Origin: Tubiluchus corallicola
Taxonomy: Eukaryota > Animalia > Priapulida
Assembly (NCBI GenBank): GCA_030141605.1
Contig: JAQGDQ010000197.1
Coordinates: 1-64,000 of the forward strand
DNA length: 64,000 nt
Direction: 5' to 3'
The stretch's first letter is position 1; each line of letters begins with the position of its first letter. The notes under the pieces were generated by a model that saw nothing but the letters and a program-made list of their open reading frames with translations, did no database searches and was not told the DNA's origin. The position numbers were made by a program, and so were the translations under genes. Positions 37,857 through 52,800 of the stretch are shown one piece after another.

Positions 37857-40800
37857 CTATAATTCATCGTGATCCACGGAGGTGTCAGCATCTAAGAACC
37901 AGTCCTCATAAACCTGATATGGATCAACCATCCAGTGTTTGTGGAATGAAACTGGAAGCTGGTGACTTAGGTAATCTGCAGCATAATCATCTGGTCTTGC
38001 CTGAAAGCAAAACAAGTTTGAAAACTGAGACTGAACTTAGCAGAAATATTTATGCTACAACAAACAAAGAAAAACAAAACACATAGTGTACAATACTTAC
38101 ATATTTTTTGGCAATTTTCTATTACAATAATCATTAATTGTGAAATTTGCACAGATGTAGCAGAGGATAGCAACTTTTAACGGCATGTTCAGATTAAAGG
38201 AGTTTTCTCGCCAAGAAAACTTGCAGTAGGTTGTCGTGTAACACACAAGCACATTCAGAACAGAGTACATCAACTCACAGCAAGTTTTGAACATGTTTGC
38301 AAGCTACTTGGTAGTTTACTTGGCAAGAAAACTGCTAGTCTGAATGCATCCTAAAAATGCCTACTCCACATTGGATTTACCCAAAACTGCTAGTCTGAAT
38401 GCATCCTAAAAATGCCTACTCTACATTGGATTTACCCAAAACTGCTAGTCTGAATGCATCCTAAAAATGCCTACTCTACATTGGATTTACCCAAAACTGC
38501 TAGCCTGAATGCATCCTAAAATACCTACTCTACATTGGATTTAACCAAAACTGCAAGTCTGAATGCGTCCTAAAAATGCCTACTCTACATTGGATTTGCC
38601 CAAAACTGCTAGTCTGAATGCATCATAAAAATGCCTACTCCACATTGGATTTACCCAAAGCTGCTAGTCTGAATGCATCCTAAAAATGCCTACTCTACAT
38701 TGGATTTACCCAAAACTGCAAGTCTGAATGCATCCTAAAAATGCCTACTCTACATTGGATTTACCCAAAACTGCTAGTCTGAATGCATCCTAAAAATGCC
38801 TACTCTACATTGTATTTACCCAAAACTGCTAGTCTGAATGCATCCTAAAAATGCCTACTCTACATTGGATTTACCCATCAATGGCATATGAAATTAAGTC
38901 CCTGGTCATCTTACCTAACAAATGATGCAAAGCCATCGTGGTAGACCAGAAGCTTGTTTTTTTTGCTTCTTGATAAATATTTTGTGCCATCAAATTATGG
39001 GAGATTGCAACTCATTACTACAGCAATCACAGAAAACGGGACCTGGCAATTAACGCCAAAGTAAGCAGCATCATAAGAATGCAACTGATGAGGCACCTAA
39101 TAATACAACTGCATATCTACTGAGATCAATGAATATGCGTAGATGACGTGACAGTTTACCGATGTTAAGTATCAAATATTGGTAGTCATCAATGTCTTTA
39201 TAAAATACCAAAAAAGAGAAACATTTTAATGAACTTAGTCACAAAAAAGTTATTTTTTCAATAGCTGGACTCTACACATACAGTCATGCAAGACAAAAAT
39301 TAAGATAAGTGTCACTGAGCAGATGGTACTGACAAGTGAATAAAGATTTTTAAAAAATGGCCACCAAATAATAACTGCAATAGTATAAAATGCTGCTTTA
39401 CTGATGCTGTGTCATACTTCAAACCAAGCAAGTGACTTTGTCAAGACTCAGAATGACTCGGACATATTCACTGTACCCAAAGTAAATTTAATCAGTAGTG
39501 GCAAATATATTTTACGTCAACACTTTTGCCATGCTGTTTAACAATTTTTCCACTAAGCTAACCGAATATTAGATGTACAATTGTATGCACAATGCCATAA
39601 AAAAATTCCATATATTACAAAAGCTCATTCACCTGGTGGAAATAAGGGCTATGTGTAACAGGTATGGACAGTGATTTCAAGCACATGCCAATCGTCATAT
39701 CATCGGGAGTGTCCGGAGTTGGACATCCACATCGACCACTGTCCAGCATTCTCCTAACTGCTTCCATGCTAAACACCATACTGAAAATACATAACTTGCA
39801 CATGTCTAAGCTTTCAAGTTATAATGTAACTCATACAAAGTAAAAACCAATAGTTCGTTTTTGCTCTGAATTAGTGTGATATCTTTCTTGATATTTTTCA
39901 GAATTTTAAAATCAGTCACTTGCCAAACAGTAGGGCAACGAAGTGTTATATTATAATATTTATTGACTATCTGACACATTACAATTATACAATTCATTAC
40001 AAATATAATGCAATACATTACAAGTGGAACAAAAAAACTATACAGGCACAATCTTTGCTTATATATCAGCAAAGAGCTGCAAATGGCAACTACAAGTTTT
40101 AATGCACAGAAATTCTCGGTCATTACTATTACTAACAATAAATTGAAAAAAGCTCCATCGAGACCTAAAGCAAATGCCAAGTATCTGTGAGGTCACTTTG
40201 GATAACCAACAAATTTAAGTTTATTACAAATGAAATGTACAATTACTGAACATACAAAGCTATGAAACATGTTGTTAGGTAATGTCTTTGGTAGTCTCAT
40301 CTCTATTTGATTAATAACTAAAATTAAACAAAACGAATTAATTTTACACATGAAAGAGCCAGTCTCTAGGAATGAATATGGTGTTTGTTAAGAGCAGATG
40401 ATCGTTTCAACAACAACTGTCATTGTCAATGTTAGGAATCAAGCCAAAGCAGAAAAATATTTATGACACAACAATAAACCTATACAAATAATTAATACAC
40501 TAATGATTTGGTTTGGCTTGTTGTAGTGCCATAAATGTATTAACAATTTGGATTGATTTCTAGCATTGATAATGACAGTTGACGTCGAAGTGATCGTCTA
40601 TCTTAATAAACACCATGTTTATTAATTTTAATTAGTGATTATCGAAATGTATTAAGTATCCAAAAGTAATTGGTATTTTTTATGAAAACCGGCAGTAAAT
40701 TACCTGCTGCCACCAGTGAGGTAGTCATAACCAAATCCTGCTGTAGCTCCATATGCATAGCGTTCTCCTAATGCTACTGGTTCATGAGAATTATAACAAG

Positions 40801-43800
40801 GCAACAGCCTATGCAATCTACTAACACTGAAAAATAAAAAGCATTTGCTACATCACACCTTTCAGTATAGTCTAAAAGTAATAAATTTTGCTGCAAGATA
40901 TAGGATAATGCTGTATAAGTTAAGTTAGCAAATCGGACTACAGATTGGCTATGCCAGAAACATTGCAGAAATGAATTGAAATCATTACCTCAGAATTGTA
41001 TCATCATCAGCTATCACCAACCAGTCCTTACTGTTAATATGAGGTTTGCTTAAGGCACGATGTAATATGGCAAAAGTTTTAGCACAATGACCTGAAATAA
41101 TGTCATACGTATTAACAAAAAACCTTCATATAAACATGGCAATAGGTACTAAGCAGCACTTTAATGGAATACATCTACAATTAAAGATTTTTGAAATCAA
41201 ACTTATCTGAAAGAAATGTGAAAAAGGCAGGATTAAATGTGGATTTGAATCAGGGACCTTTAGGTTGCCATACCAATGACCACTAGGCTATTTAGTCCTA
41301 ATGATTATGACAGATACAGATGCTAATTCAATCCTCATAGCTTGCCATCCATTTGAAGATTTCCAAAGGTTTTTTATCATACACAAGAGTAATTACTAGT
41401 CAATTCGATTTTTGGTGACTCCCTTGCAAATAACTCTAAAGAGCCTTTTATTTTGCCGTGTTCTAACTATTGTTCTCCTGCATGTAATACAAAAATGCCA
41501 ATTACTTAATGTGAGGCAAACACTATAGAGAACAATTGCACACGCATGTGAAGCGAGCGTGTAACCCTATGTTTCACATTCCAGACTAATTTGTAATTAA
41601 TTTCAAGCCTCAAATGATCTGTGGGCAATTAATTATTTAATTAATAATAAACAACTAATTAATGAAAAATTTTCAAGATTATTACTAATGACTGAATAAG
41701 CGCTGTCTGAAATTTATTATACTTTACCAGCACTATTAGTTTTTGTTTTAAAGCTGCATCATTGGGGAGTATTTGAGGATATGTGGCATTTGGGCATGGC
41801 TATATAAGCCTTAATTTTTTCACATTACTTTACTGAATTTTTAATGACTCAATATTTTTTCAAGAATCATTGCTTCACTAAATTAAACGTGTGCATTAAT
41901 TTTTCATACATAGCAACTAAAACCACTCACATGACTTTGCACTCTGGTTTCCCATGTTAATTCAGTATTAATTGTCGCAGAAGAAGACACCGCGAGTTTA
42001 CATTAGCATTTTATTACAATGCAACAGCATTTTGTTTGAAAAATATCTAATGCATTACAAAAACAGTAAATAACAGAAAAGTTTGTCACAAAAAACTATT
42101 CACACCAAAATTTGGTGTCAGCACAATTTAACCAGCATTATATAATATATCACATTACTATGTTTATTGTCTTGCCCCGTATTTGAAGGCATCGTTGAAA
42201 TAAAGTTTTATCTACTGCAAAAGATGGAAAGCAATATTATACCTCTCTCTGTATTATTAACTCCTAGGTAAATAGTAGGTATATTATCATCTTGTACTTC
42301 ACTATAGATTTCAATGTGCTTTGCATGTTGTCCCCAAGTATTTTTCATCACAGGAACTGAAACAATAGGATGAAAATGAAACACTTTATCCTATACTGAT
42401 GAAAAAGAATTCCAGGAATAGCAATAAGTGAGACACTGTTACATAGTACTATACACTGTATGGATGAGGACATTTTTTTACTGATTTACATGAACTTTCT
42501 GTCTCATTAACACAGTAATATAGATTATAACTGATTCCGGTTTAAATTATTTAGATGTTCTGTCACAATGGTAAAACAAAAGCCTGTTGTGTTGTTTTGA
42601 TCTGCTCTGCTATAGGTTTTGCGTCTATAGCTATGTTATCTGCTCTGCCTCACTATCACGATTTGCTGTAAGTATGCTCACTGGCACAGAAAATCTAGTT
42701 GCGATAAAGATAATAAAAAATACATAACAAAACCTGATTAAGAAGTGGTAATCTACAATTATGTCATTATGATTTAGCAAAATTATAATAAGAATAGAGA
42801 TGATACCTCTGTCTTTATGAAACTTTTCGCAAGTCTTTACTGCAAAGAAAACACTGTCTTGTGATACTGGTTGACCCTGAAAATAAGTTACATGTTCAAA
42901 AACCAAAAAAGATTTTTCTAACAGAATGATGACATATAGCACATTTTTCGTATTGATACTATAACCCATAAGGAACCTGAGTTTCACAGAAAAATGATAA
43001 AAAAAAACACAATTCTACATTTCGTGAAAGATAAGTAAAATAGGCAAGAAAGGAAACACAGAAGGAAAGAGAAACAAATCAGATATTTTTCAAAGTTGTG
43101 TTGTATTATACAAAATTGTTATAACTCTTCTCGTAATTTTGCATTTTTGCAACAAAAAAGAAGCTACTATTTAAGAAGTCACCAATTTCATAATAGTAAA
43201 AAAGGTTGAAATGCTCATTCTTTATTTTTTCAGAAGCTTTTGCCTCTCACAGACTTCATAAGCTGTATAAGGATATAATAGTAAAACTACAGGTGAAACA
43301 AAGTGAAGGTATATAGTGCACTGAGTGCACTCCCTCAGAAAACAACTAACTGGATTATTTTCTTCGGAAAATAACAAAAAAAGCTTCAAGCATAGCCTGT
43401 GTATTGCATAGATAATTTGTGAGTTTTCAGGCTATATGAGGCTGTGAAAATGCATCTGCCACTCCCTGTAACGATGAACCACTAGAAATTTTGATGATGA
43501 TCTTCGAATGACCGCCGCACTCGCTCATGATCTGGGATCTCACTGTGATATTTGACATACGTCATCATCCAATTTCATGGTTGGTCGACTGCGCACATAT
43601 ATGTGCATTGCACATCTTCATACAGTCTAATCATATGTTACCTCCTCCACAAATGCTTAGGGAATGTGTTAAAACATTTATCACCTCTTAGTACCAGTTT
43701 ACATCATAACTATGAAATATTACTAACACCTACTGTAAATTGTTTTAGCTATCAGAAACATTTTTTATTATTTTTTTCACTACTAATTCTAGTGGCCTAA

Positions 43801-46800
43801 TATAAGCTTGCTTCCCAAGTCTCTAGTGCCGAATTTATCAATATTTTGGTGTGAAAACCACAATTTGATTTTAAGAATGTACTTGTGATGTAAAAATTTG
43901 TTTATCTTGTAAAATAAATTAATTGAATTGACTAAATGTATGCTCTTTCACATATTCCATAACTATGCCAAATTTCATGTAAAAGTTAAAAATTGACCGA
44001 ATCAACTGCACTGCATTGAATTCAACTTTAGTTGATTGCAGCAATAACAACAACAGCAACAGCAACAGCAACAACAACAACGACAACAACACAGACACCG
44101 ACAACAACAGCAACATGACAACAAGAGGTACATACGCATGCCGGAAACTTGGCCGGATAGTAAGTGGCGCATGAATCAAGCAACTCCTGATCGCTCGCAC
44201 ACAGCTCTGGAATTCCTGTTAAGCGAGTTCCTTTGCCATCATTGTAAATAAACATTGCTAACTAAAAAGTAAAGAATTGCTATAAGGAAATCTACAGTGA
44301 TGGCTTCAAAGTTATTTACAATATATATGACAAGCCAAAAAAGCCAAGGGAAAATAAATAACAAGTCTTGCATGTATGCTTCGCGCGATTGGCTCATGAG
44401 TTTGACAACTGCTCTGAGTGACTGCATTTTCCATACTAATTTTGGCTCTTTATGGCATATAGGAATGTAGGTAAGGCACTGCTGTTTGTTCAGTGGCTCA
44501 TCTTAAATGCATAGCCTTGGAAATTAGCCAGCCTCAGGTCTCTTGAGAAATATTGTCATTAGGTTACTAGTACTGAAAGTCAGATTCTGGATTGCAGTGC
44601 TGGAGCTGTGTAAAAAAAATATAAAGTTAAAAAGCTCAATGGTGCTACATTGAACTGACAAACCAGTTTTACTCTGGGGCAGAAAGTTTCCTTGTACAAA
44701 AAGAATGGCAAAGAGGCTCAATGGCAAGATAATATCAAGTCCAGAAAAAAGTGGAAACTTTAGGTGTAACCTTTTTTTGTTTGTAGGTTCAGGGAGCAAC
44801 AATTACCTAAGATCACCTTCAGAGAACAAAGAAATCATCAAATCAGTTACAGTGAATTTTGTTGCCCCAAATCTACATGTATCATGACATGGTAACTGTC
44901 TGATTTGTTTTTGCATAAGAACAAGATATTAAAAATCTCTTCTCTCTTTTCATAGGATGGCATCAAGAATAATCTTATCTATGCGCAAAGCAAAATCTTG
45001 TTATGAGTCAAGCACCAGGGGATGAATTTATCACAATCTGTCAGAATTTAATTAAAATTTAGAATGAAGTCTACATCAGCAAACATAATTTATGCAAATG
45101 TGCAACAAATAATTCCATTAAACAACTCACAAAATTTTTATTTTATTTGCATAATGCACATAATATTTTAGAGTGTGTTTGACTAAAATAATAAGCTAGA
45201 GAAAGTGAAATAAGAAATGAATTTTATTAAACAGTGTCTGAAGAGAATCAAGCAAAAGAAGTAACAAACAAAAAAAGGCTACAACAGAAAAATGAGAAAT
45301 TTGTTTTTTCGTCATTTCTTATGAAGCAAAATTTTAAAGACTTTTTAGCATAATCTGCAACTGTTTTGGATAATTATATCTTCAAATCAAATCAACATGT
45401 AAAAGAATACAATTTATAAACAACGTGGATAGGAAGGAGTGGCGACAAACATACGCTATCGAATCAGCCACTCCGCATCGGATTATGTATGTATAGTGGG
45501 TAGTGCCAGACAGTCTACAACTTAATGTAAAAAAGAATAACAAATTAACAAATTATGAGTCAAACAAATAATTAAATGATGATTCAACAAAGCAAAAAAA
45601 CTAACATGCTAAATAATTTAACCAACTAAACAAAAGATACAGTAAATAGATTTGTGAACATAAACTTGGTAAATTGAAGTGATTCACTTCAGCATCACAT
45701 CATTTATAAATCGATCAAATATTGAGCAACCACTTATAAATTTTTGAATAATATTCTGCCCACAGTATAAAAAGCAAAATCGAGAAAACATAAACTGTAA
45801 AAAATTACCTCATGTTTCACGTCTATCGTGAAATCTGCTCTTTTGTTTCCCATTTCCACCCATCGTTTAGACAAGCTGCAAAACTAGCAATGTTAGTATA
45901 ATAAAAATAACAATAAGTACCTAAAAATAAAAATACGAAATCTCTAAAAGTATGACTCTTGAATATTTTGAAACTGTCTGAAATATAATATAATGTTGTG
46001 AATGGTTTATTACTGTCTGAGTTTGATATTAATTCTGCACTGATTCAATATCCATGCTAATCTTGGCCATTTACCTTGAATACCCAAACACAGCACCTAT
46101 GCTGGTTCAGTGGCTCATCTTACAAAATGCCCATGACAGTAAGGTCAGATTCCAGTCATGCCACAAATAATGCATGGAGAAAAGCCTGGTGACAAATGCT
46201 GCATAACTATGTGTCGGGTGCCAAATTGTCAAAAATGTTAAATGACGTCAATATTAACTCCTAAGTGTAGATGGAGTTTAACGGAATTATTTAATTACGT
46301 TATTAACAAATGCCTTTTCATAATGATATCTTTAGCAAAATAAAAAATGACCAGAAAAAATATTCTAGATAAAGAAGCAAATACATAAATTAGTATCACT
46401 TTGGCACTGAACTCTATGCAGAGAAACCACTTAAGCCCTGAAATTTGGTTGTGCACGATAAATGCAAATCACAAAATGGTTTTTTGTTGTAATCGATCGG
46501 GTAGCAATGCAGAATTTTTTTATTCCCGCATCACACAAACTTCTATTACACCAAAACATGTGATTTTACAAAGGAAAGTGTGATAGGATGATGGTAGTAC
46601 ACCAAACCATCACCATGATAATAATAATTAGTAATTTATTGAATATTTTAATGCACTTTACATGATGAACAAACATATCTTACATGTAAAAGATCATCAA
46701 AATTACTAAAAAAATTAATTTATATAAAATATATAAGACCATGGCATATTAATTGATTAAAAGTAGACTGAATATGACAAAAAAAGGAAAATAATAAAAA

Positions 46801-49800
46801 CACGGAAAATTTAATAAGATAATAAAGGCAATGCCAGAAAACATACACAATCGTAGAAAATGTAAGACTATCTCAACTACAGAAGGCTTCATTAAAATAG
46901 CAAGTTTTCAGACTTTTTTTAAAGCTACAAAAATGTGGAAAAACTGCAAACTCGTATTCAACAAAGACACATTCAACCAATGAAGACGATTAAAATGTCA
47001 ATGTGATCAATACAAGACACTGGTCAGTAATGCATCAAGTTGCAACATTGCCTCACTTCTATAATGTGACCGTTAAAATTGTGGATATGTTTACATAGGA
47101 AATCAATACAAATCAGCAGTTGACAATCTCGGCAGCTGGACAGTTCACTTAGTATCAATACATTATGCAATAATACCACCATTTACTTGACTTGTTTCCT
47201 CAATTTACAGTCACTAATATACAAATGCAATGAAAGGGTTGAATCTGGGCGAGCAAACTCATTCACAATAGCTGCCAGTCTGAATGACTTGATAAATGAT
47301 AAAAGAATTACAGAAAGTGACATGGGAAAATCTATGGTACAAAGAGTTTGATAAAGAATCAAACTTGAAAGTGTATGGAAACAAACTGTTCAGTCCTGAC
47401 ATTTATAAATGGATTTGCTGCACACAAATCATTGTTAAAGTCTTTAGGAGCTCACACTGGAAAAAATACAAGAAAAATAAAGAATGGCGACAGAAACTGC
47501 ATATTAACCAGTAATGTACAGTTCAAAAACAGATGTCTAAAAATGTAAAACACCCAAACTTGTAAACAAAAATGAAATAACGTTCCCAAATTAGCTGGCA
47601 ACTAACGATATGATTAATTAGTTAATGAAATTGAAATAAACCTTAATGTAAAAAATGTATAATACAATTATGAAATCATAATAAACAATTACAATCTGAA
47701 ACAAGAAAAGATATATCTCTATGGTGTTTATGTAGACCACTAAAGGATAAAATCAGGATCAGTTGCACATGCAGTCACATTCCAGACATGTTTACTGAAA
47801 TGTTAATAACTTTTTTCTTTAACACAATGCTAAGAGATGTCAAGAAATGGTAGACTTGCTAGATTTAAAAGTCAGCAAAAGTAGATTACCACTTTTTATG
47901 CTGTGAATTCTAGGTTCAAAGAAGTTCATGAAGAAATAAGTTATTATACCATGCCTTTGAATGGCAATCATTCTCCATCCATTAATGGCCATCAGACATG
48001 TGAATGGTGATAGTACCTTATGTTAAAATATGTTCAAAATTAAATGCACTTTCTTAGGATTATCTCTGATTTATTAATTAGTTATAACAGTGATTGCCAG
48101 AATTTTTATAAACCATTGTGCTCTATCTCACCCATTGTGGATAAAGTAATGAGTTGGAAAAAAGAGACACTGAAAAATTGTGGTCTAGTCGAGAATATCA
48201 CTGATTAAATTAACTCCTTTGGTTTCTTCTGCATAAGGGTTTACTTAGTTACTCTACAGAATTTACTCAGAATCACTTCTTGACACACAGCACATAATAA
48301 CATTTGAAAGAAGTACCTCAAACCAGCAACTCGTTTTCTTAATAACATGTTCTCACAGTAGCCATCAAAAATTTAATTTTCAAGCAAAAGTAGTTTCTTA
48401 TATCACACTGCACAGTAAAAATTAAAATATTTTAGTTCAATCATTAACAGCTTTTTCAATAGCAATACTTACTGCACTGACATTTAAAAATGATTTGCTT
48501 GGATGTATTTTAACATATCTTTATTAGCAAATTTCAAGACAGCCTTTGCAATATAATTTTTATGAAAAAATGTTATATGTAAACAAGAATGAACAGTTGA
48601 AATGTTCCTGTATCTCAGTTTCTCCCACAGGAATAGCATGTAATATTTATCTGTTTAATATAATATGATATGATGTGATGTGATGCGATGCGATGCGATG
48701 TGATGAGATGCAATGCAATACAATACAATACAATATAATTTAATTTAATAAATAATATATCTATGCATAACAAGTCATGTTGAATTGCGTGAACTGCTTC
48801 AACAAATAAAATGTAATACAATCATATACACAACTCCACTAGGTATCAATAGTCACATTCGTAAAAGAAAACTAGATGCGATTTCCTAGATGTGATACTC
48901 TAATTTAGATTAAAACTTTGCAAAGACGTTTTTTTTGGAAAAAATCCCTTTCGTAAAATGTCAATACCAAAAAAAGTTTGGCCAAATTAAATATAGAATA
49001 TGATTGCTAATGGACTATTTCAGAAAGAAATGTAAAACAGAATAAAAATTAGAAAGTATAAAATATGAAAATGTGATAATGATATAACAAAAATCATGTT
49101 TGGATCATAATCTCTCGATTTACATTATTGAGAAAAATCACATTTATTTATGAATTCGTTTACCAGAGGATTATCATTGGTGAAGCCCTCCATCACAGTG
49201 CCTCAAAATGAAGCCACCGCTATCTCTCGATAGATGCAGTATTTGTTTGCTTTCCGCCACTTATCCCGTCCAAGAGATTTCCTCAGTTTGGACACTAGAA
49301 GCCATTAGGACATCTGACTGGACAGCCGAGTCCATTAACAAATCACTGGTGAAACTCAATTCCATGCTCTGCACTTGTTCCAAATGTACACTGAAGTTTG
49401 AAGTGCAGATGTTCGGTACATCACAAAACCACCACTAAGTACATTTCCATCAGCATGTTATTAATGATCATCACAAAGTTTGTGGCTCACTATTATTTAA
49501 TTATTTTATTTATTTATTTTATTCACACCCAATAGTAAAATAATAAAAACAATAAATATAAAACATGTTTGCAAAAAGCATACAAATACAATATTAACAA
49601 GAGTGTTGTTAAGACACAAAGAGATGAACTACTTATATGTGTCTATTATGAACAAGAAATTTATGCAAATCATCTCATTAGTTCATTAATTAATTATGAA
49701 TGTGATTGCCATAATTTCTATAAACCATTGCAATTTATTTTACCAATTATTACCCATTGTGTGCATCTCATTACCCAGTAATAAACAGCAATAGTTTATA

Positions 49801-52800
49801 AAAATTCTGGCAATCACAGTCATAATTAATTAATAATATTGTTAGTTGCCAGCTAATTTGGGAAAGTATTTTTTAGTTATATCCCATTAGTTTGTCAAAG
49901 TTATATGGCTAGAGAAATGTTATAGTTTTTCTAAGTGCACGAACATTACAAAATTTATAAATTTTTTATCAATATGCATGCGAAATTCAGAGGTTTTCTT
50001 CTATATTGCATTTACACATATTATGAATGCTGGGTCTCTTAAGTTAATCATTGTACCACAGAAAACACTGATTTCAGACAGTTGAATGTTAACATTTTTC
50101 AGCAAGCCAAAACGTAAATTTCACGGTCAAATATGAAAGGGATTTGCATTAAAAAAATGTAGTTTTAAATGTTCAATTTGTTGTCTGTTTTTGAAAACTA
50201 AGCTTTCTGGCCATGAAAGCCATTCTGTTACATAACACAAATAAAATTCAGCAAAATAAATTGCACACGTTTACATTATTATTTTGTTTGTAGTTTATAG
50301 TTGTCTATTATGACCGACAAAACTTTCGTGACGTCAAGAGCCACGAATCCATAATGTATGGAAGCTCGTAAACAATCAACCAAGCGTCTGCAAGCCTGAA
50401 GATAATAAAATGAACCATTTCATCAAAGCATCTTCAACTTAAACAGAAAATATATGAGGGGAGAACACAAAGCAAAATGGGCTGTCCTGTCGTAAAGTGA
50501 CGCCTAATTTGCCGTATCGTCACACAAATCTATATAAAATAACCAGCATATTTCCCAATTTACTGGACAGCTAAAAGACTGTCATAACTTAGGCAGAATG
50601 TTACAACTTGTTTCACAAGAGTCAGTTTGTACTATACTAAATTTTTAAGACTATGAAATTATTCTTCGCTTGAACAACCAGTTTTAACTAACTAGATGGT
50701 ACACACACAGTGCTTCGCTATAATAGTAAATAACACTGCTTTTGTGAGTTTAGGTTACAGTGAGACTAAAGCTGCGGAAATGAATGTTAAGAATTAATAA
50801 ATATGCTACCGAAAAATGCTATTATATGCTAAAATGGACGTATGCAAGAGAATGTGAAAAGAAAAACAGTAAATATTTAATTTTTGTTCAGAAAAGGATG
50901 ACAAAAGGATTTTTATTTAGCCCAGTGGAGAATAATCTCTGCAAGGAGTAATGTAAGGTGACTGGCTTTAAAACAAGGACAATAAGAAGTAAATCACCTG
51001 CTGTTCACATAATCTTAATGGGTTAAATTAATTAATGGACTGACAGTGAACTGGTCCTCAGGGGCATAGCCAGGTTCTAAAGTTAGGAGGAGCAAGCATG
51101 TAAAAAAGGTGCCATTGATATATACCAAACAATTTCTAACGCATTGATTATTCAGTTTAATCTCGTGTTTAAACTCAAAACATGAGGAAGGCACAGTTTT
51201 AAAGGAAGTCCATAATTGTTATTTCGTGTTTAAAAATAAAACATAATGAAAAGTTTTATAGCTCATAAATCTCAAAACATAATAAAAACGTGTATTGTTT
51301 AAATTTTAAACCCATAATGCAAACAAAATGAATGAGTTTTGGTGCTGTTGAAAAGGCGCCAATTTTGAAAAATGTGCCCGGCAGAGTGGTTGCTCCTCTT
51401 GCCAGGGCCTATTTCAAGGGGGGGAAGTGAGGATACTTCCCGGGGCTTCACCCTCCAGGAGGGCCTCGCGCCAAGGTAATATTTTTTTGCTTTATGTGAA
51501 CATATTGCCTCTTCTCTCCCTCTCTCTCTCTTGCTGAACGTGCACCGTTTGCCAGTATTGACAAGTATTAAGGACTGGTCTTGAGAATAAAGCAGTTTTT
51601 CTTTCAATTGTTCTTTCCTTTAACAACTGTATAATTTCATATTTTCTCTTCGAAAATGCTTCTCCGGCATTCTAGCAGTTCAAAAATTTTCTGGGCGCCA
51701 AGCATGGTAGCGCCTGCCCTGCGGCACTTACCCCCCCCCCCCCCCCGATGGGGCCGCACGCGCCCCCACTTCCCCGGGCCTCGCCTAGGCTGAAATAGGC
51801 CCTGCCTCTTGCTCCCTTATTAGTTATGCCATTCCTAGTCCTGAACAAGTCTAAAAACCTGTTCATAGTCAGAACACCCTAGGAACACTAAAAGTTAGTC
51901 TATTAAATATTTTTCCAGATTGCCCACACAGTGTGTATTCTTGATAATATTGCCCATAATAGGTAACTATCCCTTTTGCTTAATGTGATAATAATAATAA
52001 TAATAACCTTTTATCCACAGAAAAATTTTGTTAGGACAATTCAAGACACAAACTTTGGTGCAAATTTTTGAAAGAGAAAGGAACAGAGGTTAACGCAAAA
52101 TCAATTAAATTGCAGAAATAATATAAATGATATTATTAAAAAATATGATAATTTCTAAATTAAATACTAAAAAAGTGAGATACCTTTTAAGCAAAGAAGA
52201 ACTGATCAGAAAACCAGCAGCTGGATCCGGATACTCAAAACTTGAGGGATGTTCATGAAAAGCAAAGTGATGTATTATGGTAGGTTCCCTATCCCGTAAG
52301 CTTCTTCCCAAGAATAATCTCTTGAAAATGAAAATGATAATTTTGACATACATTTGCATTCTTTAACTACTTTACTTTACATTTGTACGGCTTATCAATA
52401 TTAGCCCAAAATTAACAAATAAACAAATCAGAAAAAACAGAGGACTGGATAGAATTTAATGGTATGACAGTTGTACCTTATTAGCATTGTATCGCGTCAA
52501 AAGTTGCAATAATCCTGCTAAATTCACACGAGTTTCTTCTTCACAGAAAAACACATAAGATGAATTTTTCATAAATGTCTTGCTAAGATTAGATAAAATT
52601 GGTAATATGGTCCAACTCCCTGTTTGTGGCCATTGTTCATGTAGAAACAATATATGAGGGGAAACCTAAAATGAAAAATGTAATTATTAATAAGGAATTG
52701 GTCTAATTAGAAAAAGTGAATACAAAAGTACAAATTATTTTAGTATCATAAAAATTAGTGATTAATAGAGCGGCAGAAATTTAAGGACGATGATTCAAAA

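Noticed and set aside
38328-38876. CRISPR-like periodic array
   Set aside because: Units are wholly repeated with no unique spacers, and the context is a eukaryotic intron. It is a minisatellite.
49160-49460. GC-richer, coding-looking segment inside a B3GLCT intron (possible nested gene)
   Set aside because: Stops interrupt the frames I read and I could not assign a family. It is probably a decayed transposon fragment and would need a tblastx search.
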